Source: Candidatus Hadarchaeota archaeon (GTDB lineage Archaea > Hadarchaeota > Hadarchaeia > Hadarchaeales > Hadarchaeaceae). From it: 32,000 nt of DNA. The notes under the pieces are model-generated. The model saw only the letters and a list, made by a program, of their open reading frames with translations. It was not told the DNA's origin and made no database searches. Both the position numbers and the translations under genes were made by a program. This document shows, in pieces, positions 10,726-20,097 of this stretch. The stretch is taken from NCBI GenBank assembly GCA_964514965.1, contig CAZETV010000002.1, positions 90,001-122,000 on the forward strand. The letters are read 5' to 3'. The first letter of the stretch is position 1. Each line of letters starts with the position of its first letter.

Positions 10726-10736
10726 CTAATAATTAG
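10726..10736. promoter_or_regulatory. 11-bp perfect palindrome CTAATAATTAG in the gap/rbkR divergent intergenic region (candidate operator)
   Basis: Read directly from the sequence. It lies about 100 nt upstream of the rbkR ATG. Any functional assignment is speculative. Confidence 0.25.
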
Positions 10737-10832
10737 TTTTCTACACGAAAAAACGTATCTTCTCACCCATACATAGGCCAATTGTCTCATTTTTTAGACG
10801 CTTAACATTTTTGGTAAGATTTAAAAGCTAGT

Positions 10833-11519
10833 ATGCTCCGTTTGACTAGGGATAACTTGGGTAAAAAGACCACTACCGAGATTTTGCTTTTGCTGGCCAA
10901 GGAAGGAGCGCATCTAGAAGACCTGAAACTTTCATTGAGCTGGCTTGCGGACAAACTAGATATTTCAAGACAGACTGCAGCGCGGCGGCTACTTGAGCTT
11001 GAGAACCAGGGCCTAATCAAACGAGCGCTAGGGGCCCGCGGTCAGAACGTGCGTATAACACCGACAGGCTTGGCAAACTTGCGCTTAATGCATCGAGAAC
11101 TCGAGGCGATTTTTGGATTGAAACCGCGTTCGTTTAAGTTAACTGGCCGGATAATCTCGGGTGTGGGCGAAGGCAGCTATTACATGAGTCAGCGAGGCTA
11201 CCGCGAGCAATTCGAACGCGAACTAGGTTATACTCCCTATCCGGGGACGCTCGACATTACTCTTGACGAAGCATCGCTTGATCTCAAGGCGGTGCTCATG
11301 CAACTTCCCGGCAAACATGCCGAGAGCTTTAAAACAAATGAACGAACTTTTGGTCAAGTGAAATTTTTCCCAGCTAAATTGAGAAATAAGAAAGCTGCCC
11401 TGATTTTGCCATTTAGGAGCCATTATACTGACATCATTGAACTCATCGCGCCGAAGAAACTGCGTGAGAGCCTGAAGCTTAGGGATGGCGATGTCGTTCA
11501 AGTGGAGGTGATAGTCTGA
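10833..11519 (+). CDS. rbkR: Winged-HTH regulator fused to CTP-dependent riboflavin kinase (RbkR type)
   Basis: N-terminal HTH (LADKLDISRQTAARRLLELENQGLI) plus a C-terminal archaeal RibK core (GRIISGVGEGSYYMSQ..Y..QFE..LGYTPYPGTLDI). It is the first gene of the rib cluster. Confidence 0.85.
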   Translation: MLRLTRDNLGKKTTTEILLLLAKEGAHLEDLKLSLSWLADKLDISRQTAARRLLELENQGLIKRALGARGQNVRITPTGLANLRLMHRELEAIFGLKPRSFKLTGRIISGVGEGSYYMSQRGYREQFERELGYTPYPGTLDITLDEASLDLKAVLMQLPGKHAESFKTNERTFGQVKFFPAKLRNKKAALILPFRSHYTDIIELIAPKKLRESLKLRDGDVVQVEVIV

Positions 11520-11560
11520 TTATCGACAGCGCTCTCGAAGCACTCCGCGCGGGTAATTTT

Positions 11561-13074
<1,514 letters not shown>

Positions 13075-13078
<4 letters not shown>

Positions 13079-13737
13079 GTTTGGATCTAGGCAAGGTTGG
13101 TATCTTGGCCCTTGGATCTCACGAAGAGCGCCATGGTGCGGCCTTGCCTCTCGACACCGACGCCAAGCTAGCTTCACATGTCGCGCTTGAAGCAGCCAAA
13201 CGCACTGGCGCGGAGTTCTTAGGGACACTCTACTCTTCTTATGAGTTACCCTACATCGATACAGGGCGCCACCAGACGCTCGAAGAGGTGATGGAAGAGC
13301 TTAGGGCAAAGCTACAAACGGCAAAACAAATACTGGGTATACAATGCGTTGTGCTGGTCAACGCACACGGGGGAAACAATCCTCTGCGTGACCATATTCA
13401 AGAGCTCGAACAAGAGACCAGCTTGCGGATTATTTTTAATAATAAAATTATTGAGCTTGAAGGTCCCCACGCCGCGACAGGTGAACTGAGCATGGGGGCT
13501 GTAATCGGCATAACAGATGTTTCAAAAATCGTGGAGCACTCTGATTTCGAGCGTTATCCCGAGGTCGGGTTCGTCGGGTTGAAAGAGGCAAGAATAAATT
13601 ATCAATGGGCGGAACGACAGGCCCGAGAGGTTGAAAGGATGGGTGTTCATGCCGACAAATTCTTAGGTGAAAAGCTCTTGGAATGCGCGATTATCAATGT
13701 GGTGAACGATATTCGCAAGCTAGAAACTTTCCACTAA
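13075..13737 (+). CDS. arfB: Creatininase-family amidohydrolase, probable ArfB (FAPy deformylase of archaeal riboflavin synthesis)
   Basis: Creatininase metal-site motifs LGSHEERHGAALPLDTD, NAHGGN and GPHAATGELS. It is translationally coupled (4-nt overlap) to ribH. Confidence 0.7.
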
Positions 13738-13831
13738 ATAAGCGAGTCAAACAGATTGAATTATCTATCGTTTGGTGAAAGCTTTACACAGCATTTTAAT
13801 TTACATGGCAAGTATTTGGGTTAGGGTTTAA

Positions 13832-14596
13832 GTGGAGTTCATCGTCACTCAATTGGCTTACCTTTTGCTCGGAATTGCAACTGGGATATTATCCGGCACA
13901 TTTGGTATCGGGGGCGGAACTTTAACCACCCCTGCAATGCGGGATTTGTTAAGGACGCCCGGACATGTAGCTCTCGGGACCCCTCTACCGATAATCATCC
14001 CTACTGCATTCTCAGGCGCGCTGGTATTCCACAGGAAGAGAATGTTGAAGTATAGAATCGGAGCAGTTTGTGCGCTCGCGGGTTCGGTCACGGCTTTACT
14101 CGGCGCGACTGCGACCGTTTACTTTACTGGCAGAGAAATGATGTTGATAACGAGCGCATTCATAGCCTTGCTAGCGGCTAGGTTCGCATTTGCAGGCAAA
14201 GAACCAAAGCCTAAGGCAAAAACAGCCCCAACAAAATTGCTGCTTCGGGCAACGTTTATCGGCCTCGCTGCTGGAGCTCTTTCTGGTTTCCTCGGTGTGG
14301 GTGGAGGCGTTATCTTAGTGCCAGCTATGGTGTTATTGTTAAACTTCCGCGTGCACGAAGCGGTGGGAACCTCGCTCATGGTCATGGTGATATATGCAAT
14401 TCCCGGCTCGGTAGCTCATTACTTGCTGGGCCATATCGATGTCGCCCTGCTGCTCCCCATTGCAATAGGATCAGTCTTTGGGGCACAATTCGGAGCAAGA
14501 CTCGCCGTTAGGACAAGAGAGAATCGTTTGAGGCTTGCGTTTTCATTTTTCCTGTTTGTGGTCGCCGTTAGCATGGCGGTATTCGAGCTTTTGTGA
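13832..14596 (+). CDS. TauE/SafE family (DUF81) anion exporter
   Basis: 254 aa and polytopic, with duplicated halves each starting with the G-rich motif (GTFGIGGGTLTTPA and GFLGVGGGVILVPA). Confidence 0.85.
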   Translation: MEFIVTQLAYLLLGIATGILSGTFGIGGGTLTTPAMRDLLRTPGHVALGTPLPIIIPTAFSGALVFHRKRMLKYRIGAVCALAGSVTALLGATATVYFTGREMMLITSAFIALLAARFAFAGKEPKPKAKTAPTKLLLRATFIGLAAGALSGFLGVGGGVILVPAMVLLLNFRVHEAVGTSLMVMVIYAIPGSVAHYLLGHIDVALLLPIAIGSVFGAQFGARLAVRTRENRLRLAFSFFLFVVAVSMAVFELL

Positions 14597-14914
14597 CTGG
14601 TCGCATCGCCGATTCAAGTTCGACAATAATACTTAGTCCCGATTCAAACTACAGATTTAGATTCATAGCCCAAAAACGGATTCCGCCCGTCAAGCATCCA
14701 TATGATAAAATATCACCATATTTATTCAAAATTTAGCCAATCTGCCATTTTTCAGCTGATGCGTGATCAGAGAAAAAACAGAAACGAAATTTGCACCTAA
14801 AAATCTTGTTCTCGGGTGCTGTGTCGCATCAATCTTAATTAATCGACGATTGTCATTGTATATATTGGAGACTGAGCCAACAAGAGAGTAACAAAATCAC
14901 CGAGGTAATCTAAC

Positions 14915-15043
14915 ATGCGAAAGAAACAAAAGCGAGATTGGAAGGCCCATAACGACCAGATCGTAAAGCGAGGCGAGCTGTTGCTCGATTCCGACTTTGT
15001 CGAGAACTGGGAGAAAGAGCTTGAAAAGATGAACCAAGGCAAG
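14915..15043 (+). mobile_element. Remnant of an IS5-type DDE transposase N-terminus, fused in frame to the downstream isomerase
   Basis: MRKKQKRDWKAHNDQIVKRGELLLDSDFVENWEKELEKMNQGK follows the W-x2-[YH]-N-x2-[LI]-V-x-RG-x-L...W pattern of IS5-family transposase N-termini. Similarity stops at about 15043. Confidence 0.45.
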
Positions 15044-16369
15044 ATTCCTCCGAAAGTCGGATTGATTACGGTTTCTTTGCAGCGCGAGGAAACGGAGTTA
15101 GCATCTAAATGGGATCGGCTAGCCTACGAGAAACTCAAAGAGGCAGGATTGGATGTGATGCACCGCGAAGAATTGTCATTGACTGTTCAAAGTACTTTAG
15201 AAACTGCCAAGGAATTTAGAGATGGAGGCGTATGTTGTTTAATATTCTTAGTAGGGACTTGGGTTTACGCCCCCCAAATAGTCACGACAGTTAGAGAGAT
15301 ACACTCACCTTTTATTCTTTGGGCATTACCCGATCCGAAAACTTTCTCTCTAACCGGAGCAGGGGTAGTGCACGGCTCACTTGATGAGATGGGTATCAAA
15401 CATAAGCTAATATATGGGTCTCCTGAGAATCCTGAAGTCATCAATAAAATTGCTGAGTACTCAAAAGCCGCAATGGTCGTCAGGCATCTTTCCAAATCGC
15501 GCTTTGGTATGTTCGGCGGCAGAACGGGAGGCATGTATACAGCGATGGCGGATATGGCCCAAGTTAAAAATTTATTCGGCGTTGAATACGACCAAGTAGA
15601 CCAGCACCGCCTGATTATCGAAGCTCAAAATGTGCCGGATGAAAAAGCCCAAGAAATGTTGGATCGTGTCAAAAGCGAGTTTGGTCGGATAGAACCCCCT
15701 AACGATGTCATGATAAAGTCAGCCAAGTTATATCTCGCTTTGAAGAAAATAATCTCGGAAGACGACTACAACTTTGTCGGCATTAAATGTATGCCCGAGG
15801 TTGCAGATAATTACGTGTCATGTTGTCTCGCAGTTTCTCTCATCAACGACGATGGTATAGTTACCTCTTGTGAGTGCGATGTCAATGCTGCCTTGACGAT
15901 GCAGATACTCAAACTATTGACTGGGGGCCCTGTACTTTTTGCGGATGTGAACCATGTCGATATGAAGGAGAAAGTCTTGAGGCTCGTGAATTGCGGCTCC
16001 ATGCCAACTGGGCTCGCAAAGTCGAGAAATGATGTCGACTTAGGGATGCAGTATGAGTACCTGAGCAAAACAGGTGGAGCAACTACCACATTTTGCTGCA
16101 AGCCTGGCAGGGTGACGCTCGCACGGCTCGCTAGGATAAAGGGCCAGTATGTCATGCAGATAGCTACTGGCGAGGCCGTCGAACGCCCAAAGGAGGAATT
16201 TAAGGAAGCTAGAATCAAATGGCCACATGCGTTCATCAGGCTCGATGGGAACCCTGAAGAGTTTCTCCAAAATTGCCGGAGCAACCACCACCATATGGGA
16301 TATGGGGACATCAAGGGGGAATTATTAGCAGTCTGTAATATCCTCAACATCAGGCCGATTGTGACATAA
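14915..16369 (+). CDS. L-fucose/L-arabinose isomerase family protein
   Basis: 484 aa in which GGVCCLIFLVGTWVYAP, FGMFGGRTGGMY, FVGIKCMPE and a C-terminal GYGD-type ending fit the FucI-like sugar isomerase fold family. A likely functional start is ATG 15029 (MNQGKIPPKVGLI). Confidence 0.75.
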   Translation: MRKKQKRDWKAHNDQIVKRGELLLDSDFVENWEKELEKMNQGKIPPKVGLITVSLQREETELASKWDRLAYEKLKEAGLDVMHREELSLTVQSTLETAKEFRDGGVCCLIFLVGTWVYAPQIVTTVREIHSPFILWALPDPKTFSLTGAGVVHGSLDEMGIKHKLIYGSPENPEVINKIAEYSKAAMVVRHLSKSRFGMFGGRTGGMYTAMADMAQVKNLFGVEYDQVDQHRLIIEAQNVPDEKAQEMLDRVKSEFGRIEPPNDVMIKSAKLYLALKKIISEDDYNFVGIKCMPEVADNYVSCCLAVSLINDDGIVTSCECDVNAALTMQILKLLTGGPVLFADVNHVDMKEKVLRLVNCGSMPTGLAKSRNDVDLGMQYEYLSKTGGATTTFCCKPGRVTLARLARIKGQYVMQIATGEAVERPKEEFKEARIKWPHAFIRLDGNPEEFLQNCRSNHHHMGYGDIKGELLAVCNILNIRPIVT

Positions 16370-16472
16370 TCAATTTGCGATATCTTTTTTTATTGACATT
16401 AAAACTTTGCTTGGTCTTTCAGCGCCCAGAGCTTCAGCAGGAGGCACATGTCTGTTGTATCAAGCGGTTTCG

Positions 16473-16712
16473 TTATTCCAAGTGCTTAAGCTCTTTCCCA
16501 ACCTCGAGGAGCGCCCACGCCCAAATCAGACACTCGAAGCTCTTTATCAAATCTCCGCACTCGAGGAAGTGTTTCGAGTCCTCGCGGTACGCCTTGATGT
16601 TAGAGAGCATTTCCGTTCCCCGCTCATCAACGGCATTTGCAGTGGAGAGAGCTTTGTCGAGTTTGGTAGTCCACTTTTTTATCTCTCGAGTCAATTCACT
16701 TTCTAAAGTCAT
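16473..16712 (-). CDS. DUF357-family small protein
   Basis: 79 aa and helical, with the NIKAYREDSKHFLECGDLIKSFECLIWAWALLEVG pattern. It overlaps the dph5 stop by 4 nt. Confidence 0.55.
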   Translation of the reverse strand: MTLESELTREIKKWTTKLDKALSTANAVDERGTEMLSNIKAYREDSKHFLECGDLIKSFECLIWAWALLEVGKELKHLE

Positions 16713-17497
16713 CTAATCACATCCTCAGAAGCTCCAGCGAACACACGGAGTGCTTCTGCCTCCACGAAGTGAAGCTTTCCCGGTACGATGAGCACATGCG
16801 GTGCAGGGCCGAAGTCTAATTTACGTAGCCTTTCTACCTTATCAGCTTTGAGAATAGCATCATCCGAACCAGCTCGTGCCACGACTAAAGCAAGTGTATC
16901 TTGAGTGAAAGCATTTTTTTTCAATTTTTTCTCCAGCTCGAGCATTATTTCAATTGCCTCATTGGCAGTCATCGCCCGCCTTTCTTCGGCTCGGATGTCG
17001 AGCAGAAGTAACGTGTGAAGTCCTCGACCGCGATTTTCGACCAGTACTTCGTAGGGCTTCCGAGACGGGTTGTCGGGAAATGGAACCGTAGCCGTGCGTC
17101 CGAACTTGTAGCTTTGCAACCCCGCCAGCCCAGCCGCAACTGAAGCAATCGATGCGGCATGAACAATTTTTGTTTCAATATCAGCTTTGGCGGCTCGCAG
17201 GCGTAGATCGATGTGCGTGGTCGCCACCATCGGATCGCCAGGGACTATGAATGCCACCTTACTTGTTTTAGCAATTTCGAGAATTTCTCCGGGCTTTTGT
17301 TCAACGGTTTTTCGATCAACAACGTGAATTGGACTGTCAATTTTTAGTTCCAATTCTTTTAAGTTGAGTCCGGGTATGATGCTTGTGTAGAACTCGGCAT
17401 ACACGACATCGGCTTCTTTTGCTACCTGCAGTCCCTGAAGCGATATCCCCTCACCATGCAAGCCAAGCCCGATGAATACAAGCATAGTATCATACAT
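16709..17497 (-). CDS. dph5: Diphthine synthase
   Basis: MLVFIGLGL...VYAEFYTS...AFIVPGDPMVATTH...GL.SYKFGRT.T.PF... is a full-length tetrapyrrole-methylase-fold Dph5 pattern. Confidence 0.95.
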   Translation of the reverse strand: MYDTMLVFIGLGLHGEGISLQGLQVAKEADVVYAEFYTSIIPGLNLKELELKIDSPIHVVDRKTVEQKPGEILEIAKTSKVAFIVPGDPMVATTHIDLRLRAAKADIETKIVHAASIASVAAGLAGLQSYKFGRTATVPFPDNPSRKPYEVLVENRGRGLHTLLLLDIRAEERRAMTANEAIEIMLELEKKLKKNAFTQDTLALVVARAGSDDAILKADKVERLRKLDFGPAPHVLIVPGKLHFVEAEALRVFAGASEDVIR

Positions 17498-17636
17498 TAT
17501 TTGAAATAGTTAAGAAAAGCTCTACCGCTTCTACACCAAGGTATAAATTTCTAGATTATTTTGAACTCGGAGGGACATAACTATTTCGTGAAATTGCATC
17601 GTAAACGCTTAATTTGGCTGGACGGTATATTCGTTC

Positions 17637-17735
17637 GGGCCCGTGGCTCAGTCTGGTAGGTGCCTCTGAAGGGCAGCCAAAAGCAATCGGCTCTTAACCG
17701 ATCGGTCGAGGGTTCGAATCCCTCCGGGCCCGCCA
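17637..17735 (+). tRNA. tRNA-Lys(CTT) with a 22-nt intron in the D-arm and an encoded CCA
   Basis: Acceptor GGGCCCG/CGGGCCC, anticodon arm ATCGG-CTCTTAA-CCGAT, T-arm GAGGG-TTCGAAT-CCCTC, discriminator G, then CCA. The D-stem GCTC...GAGC only forms after removing 17660-17681 (GTGCCTCTGAAGGGCAGCCAAA). Confidence 0.85.
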
Positions 17736-17753
17736 TCAAAAATCCCCAATCTG

Positions 17754-17775
17754 AGCAAGATTCTTGCTTATTTTT
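17754..17775 (+). terminator. Hairpin plus T-tract directly after the tRNA
   Basis: AGCAAGA-T-TCTTGCT (7-bp perfect stem) followed by TATTTTT. Confidence 0.4.
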
Positions 17776-17776
17776 C

Positions 17777-17965
17777 GCAAAAATCCTGCCCGAATCCTGC
17801 TCAACTTTTGCCTGAAAATTGCACGAAAGATTTAAACGCCGCACCACAAAAATTATACAAAAATCCTGCTCGAATCCTGCCCGGTTCTTGCGAAAAATCG
17901 TTTGATAGATTTGAATGATAGCAGTCGTCTAGCCGGGGCACCAAAAACATGCGAATATCCTGCCC
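17777..17965 (+). repeat. Composite repeat block, copy A (189 bp identical to 29078-29266)
   Basis: Compared base by base with copy B with no mismatch. The wider repeat-like context spans 17736-18030 and holds three tandem ~80-97 nt units, each with a pair of ATCCTGC heptamers. Confidence 0.95.
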
Positions 17966-18034
17966 GAATCCTGCTCTATTTTTGCGAAAGATCGTTTGAT
18001 AGATTTGAATGATCTAGCCGAGAGAAATTTAACT

Positions 18035-18075
18035 TTATATAACAATCGAAAGTTTTTTTAAAGGTTGTTATATAA
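18035..18075. promoter_or_regulatory. Perfect 11-bp inverted repeat TTATATAACAA-N19-TTGTTATATAA upstream of abiEi (candidate operator over TATA-like boxes)
   Basis: Read directly from the sequence. It ends 10 nt before the AbiEi ATG. AbiEi antitoxins are known autorepressors that bind inverted repeats. Confidence 0.45.
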
Positions 18076-18084
18076 ATAACTATC

Positions 18085-18714
18085 ATGAAAACTTTGACGA
18101 GATACCTGCTATCGAGCTTCGGCGGGGGCGTGGTGACGAGGGATGAGGTCAAGGCGGCGTGCAGGAAGTTCAGGGCAAGCTACGCGAGCACTGTAAACTT
18201 CATGATATCCTATGGATACCTGATCAGGATCCTCCGGGGGCTGTACTACGTCAAGACCCTCGAGGAGTTCAAGCTGGGGAAAGCTGTGGACGTTCACAGG
18301 GCGATCTCCCTCGGCCTGAACAGGCTGGGGGTCGGCTGGTACTTCGGCCTCTACACCGCGCTCAGGCTGAACGGCCTCGTCCACGAGTTCCCCGGCGTCA
18401 CCTTCATCGTGAACGACAGCATATTCAGGCCGAAGGAGATAGAGATAGCTGGGGGGAAGACGAGGTTCTTGAAGCTAAAACGCGGGCTCTTCGGCTTCGG
18501 GGTTGTTGACAAAGGCGGCGTTAAATTCTCCGACCCCGAGAAAACGGTCTTGGATCTCGTCTATTTTTCTAGGTACCGCGGCCTGCCGGGGGAGAGGATA
18601 ATCTCGATGATAGGCGAGTACGGCGAGCGTTTGGAAAAGGAGAAGCTCGAGGCCTACTTGAAATTTTATCCGAAAACCGTCGAAGGGGTTATTAGAGATG
18701 CCGGACTTGTCTGA
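18085..18714 (+). CDS. AbiEi-like antitoxin / transcriptional regulator (type IV TA)
   Basis: N-terminal wHTH ending in YGYLIRILRGLYYV, a C-terminal SDPEKTVLDLVY-type segment, and a 17-nt overlap with the downstream AbiEii gene. Confidence 0.75.
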   Translation: MKTLTRYLLSSFGGGVVTRDEVKAACRKFRASYASTVNFMISYGYLIRILRGLYYVKTLEEFKLGKAVDVHRAISLGLNRLGVGWYFGLYTALRLNGLVHEFPGVTFIVNDSIFRPKEIEIAGGKTRFLKLKRGLFGFGVVDKGGVKFSDPEKTVLDLVYFSRYRGLPGERIISMIGEYGERLEKEKLEAYLKFYPKTVEGVIRDAGLV

Positions 18715-19624
18715 GTTCGTCTCATTCGTCGCCCGTAAATCCAAAGTGAAGAACACCAGCTTGATAGAGAAGGATGTGATGCTGCACAGGATACTCAAGG
18801 AGTTCTGCTCATCTCCACTTTCGGCGAACTATCTTTTCAAAGGGGGTAGCTGCTTGGTCAAATGCTACTTTGGCTACTACAGGTTCAGCGTAGATCTTGA
18901 TTTCACGTGGCGTGATCAGGAGGCGTGGAAGGGGCTGGGGGAAAAAGGGCTGAGGAGAAAGCTGTCGGCGGAGATAAAGCGCCTCGCCTCATTTCTGGCG
19001 AAAGTTTCGGGAGAATTGAATCTCGAGTTCAAGGTTGAGCCGGGGGAGAGGAAGTTTATGGAATTCGGCGGGGGAGGGAGGATGGCAACTTTCAAGCTTT
19101 GGAAGGGATCAGAGCTGATAAAAATTCAGGTGAATTTTGTGGAGAAACTGCTGTTTCCCCCGAAGGTCGCCAGGGCAAGGATTTTGCTGGACGGGGTTAA
19201 ATTATCGAGGGATGAGCGGGTGTACTTCGGAGAATTCTTGGATTTCTACAGACCCTTCAAGCTGATGGCCTACGACGAGAGGGAGATCTTGTGCGAGAAA
19301 GTCAGGGCTATTCTAACGAGGAGGGCCCAAAAGCTGAGGGACTTTTACGATCTGTTCGTGCTCTCCACGCACGGTTTTAAGCTGGAGGATTTGAGGGGGG
19401 AGATAGCCGAAAAGGTGAGGGCCTCGCTCTATTACAGGAAGTACCGGGAGAATCTCGATCGGAACAGAAAAGAGTTGGAGGTAGATGTGGGAACTCTGGA
19501 GGATCCATTTGAGAGGAGCTTGCTGATGGTGAAACCACGGAAGGATTTTGAAGATTTTCTCAAGCTGGCGCGAGAGGGGCTGAGGGAAATAGCGGATGGC
19601 GTTATCTCTGGAGGAACTTTATGA
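18698..19624 (+). CDS. AbiEii/AbiGii-family nucleotidyltransferase toxin (DUF1814)
   Basis: LFKGGSCLVKCYFGYYRFSVDLDFTW is the hallmark NTase motif of the family. 308 aa. Confidence 0.85.
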   Translation: MPDLSEFVSFVARKSKVKNTSLIEKDVMLHRILKEFCSSPLSANYLFKGGSCLVKCYFGYYRFSVDLDFTWRDQEAWKGLGEKGLRRKLSAEIKRLASFLAKVSGELNLEFKVEPGERKFMEFGGGGRMATFKLWKGSELIKIQVNFVEKLLFPPKVARARILLDGVKLSRDERVYFGEFLDFYRPFKLMAYDEREILCEKVRAILTRRAQKLRDFYDLFVLSTHGFKLEDLRGEIAEKVRASLYYRKYRENLDRNRKELEVDVGTLEDPFERSLLMVKPRKDFEDFLKLAREGLREIADGVISGGTL

Positions 19625-20097
19625 CACATGATTACGGCGTGAAAGGGTTCGCCATTTTTTCCGGCTAACTCTGAAGGGGAGGTCAGGGAGATGCTGGACG
19701 CGATCTGGGGGATTGAAAAAGCAGCACTGATTGCCGTGAAAGTATGTTTTATCCCCCTTATTTGGAACGTTGCCAGCCCTACCAAAAACCATCCAACCCC
19801 CCACAAAAAATCAGACATTATTTCAACTACCTGTTTTTCCATCCTCTACTCTCACCTCAAGAAAAATATAAGCTCCCGCTAATAGTCAAGGGGGCATAAA
19901 TGGGTAAAGAAAGCCATGATAAACTCAAAGATTCCAAACATCTGCCACCTGCGTTCAAAATACTTGTTGACTTTGCCGAGGAACGCGGACTATTCAAAGA
20001 AACATCAGAAAATAATAGGAATAGAATCACCTCTTGCGTGGCTGCAGACCGCCACGAGAAAACCGATCGCGTAGATTGTGGCTTGAAGAGTATCACC

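Noticed and set aside
17581-17847. 88-aa minus-strand ORF, and its twin at 30180-30458, sharing the N-terminus MVRRLNLSCNFQAK
   Set aside because: Both are read antisense through the repeat block, and the first also runs through the tRNA gene. The shared N-terminus only reflects the DNA repeat. The remainder is low-complexity and non-homologous.
17736-18030. Tandem repeat units that could be mistaken for a CRISPR array
   Set aside because: The units are ~80-97 nt and are homologous to each other along their whole length. There are no short conserved repeats alternating with unique spacers, and no cas genes are present.
19432-19842. 136-aa minus-strand ORF with a hydrophobic N-terminus (possible SatC/DUF3307-like partner of SatD)
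   Set aside because: It overlaps the 3' end of the well-supported AbiEii gene by ~190 nt and lacks the motifs I would expect. At best it is a decayed remnant in 19625-19842.
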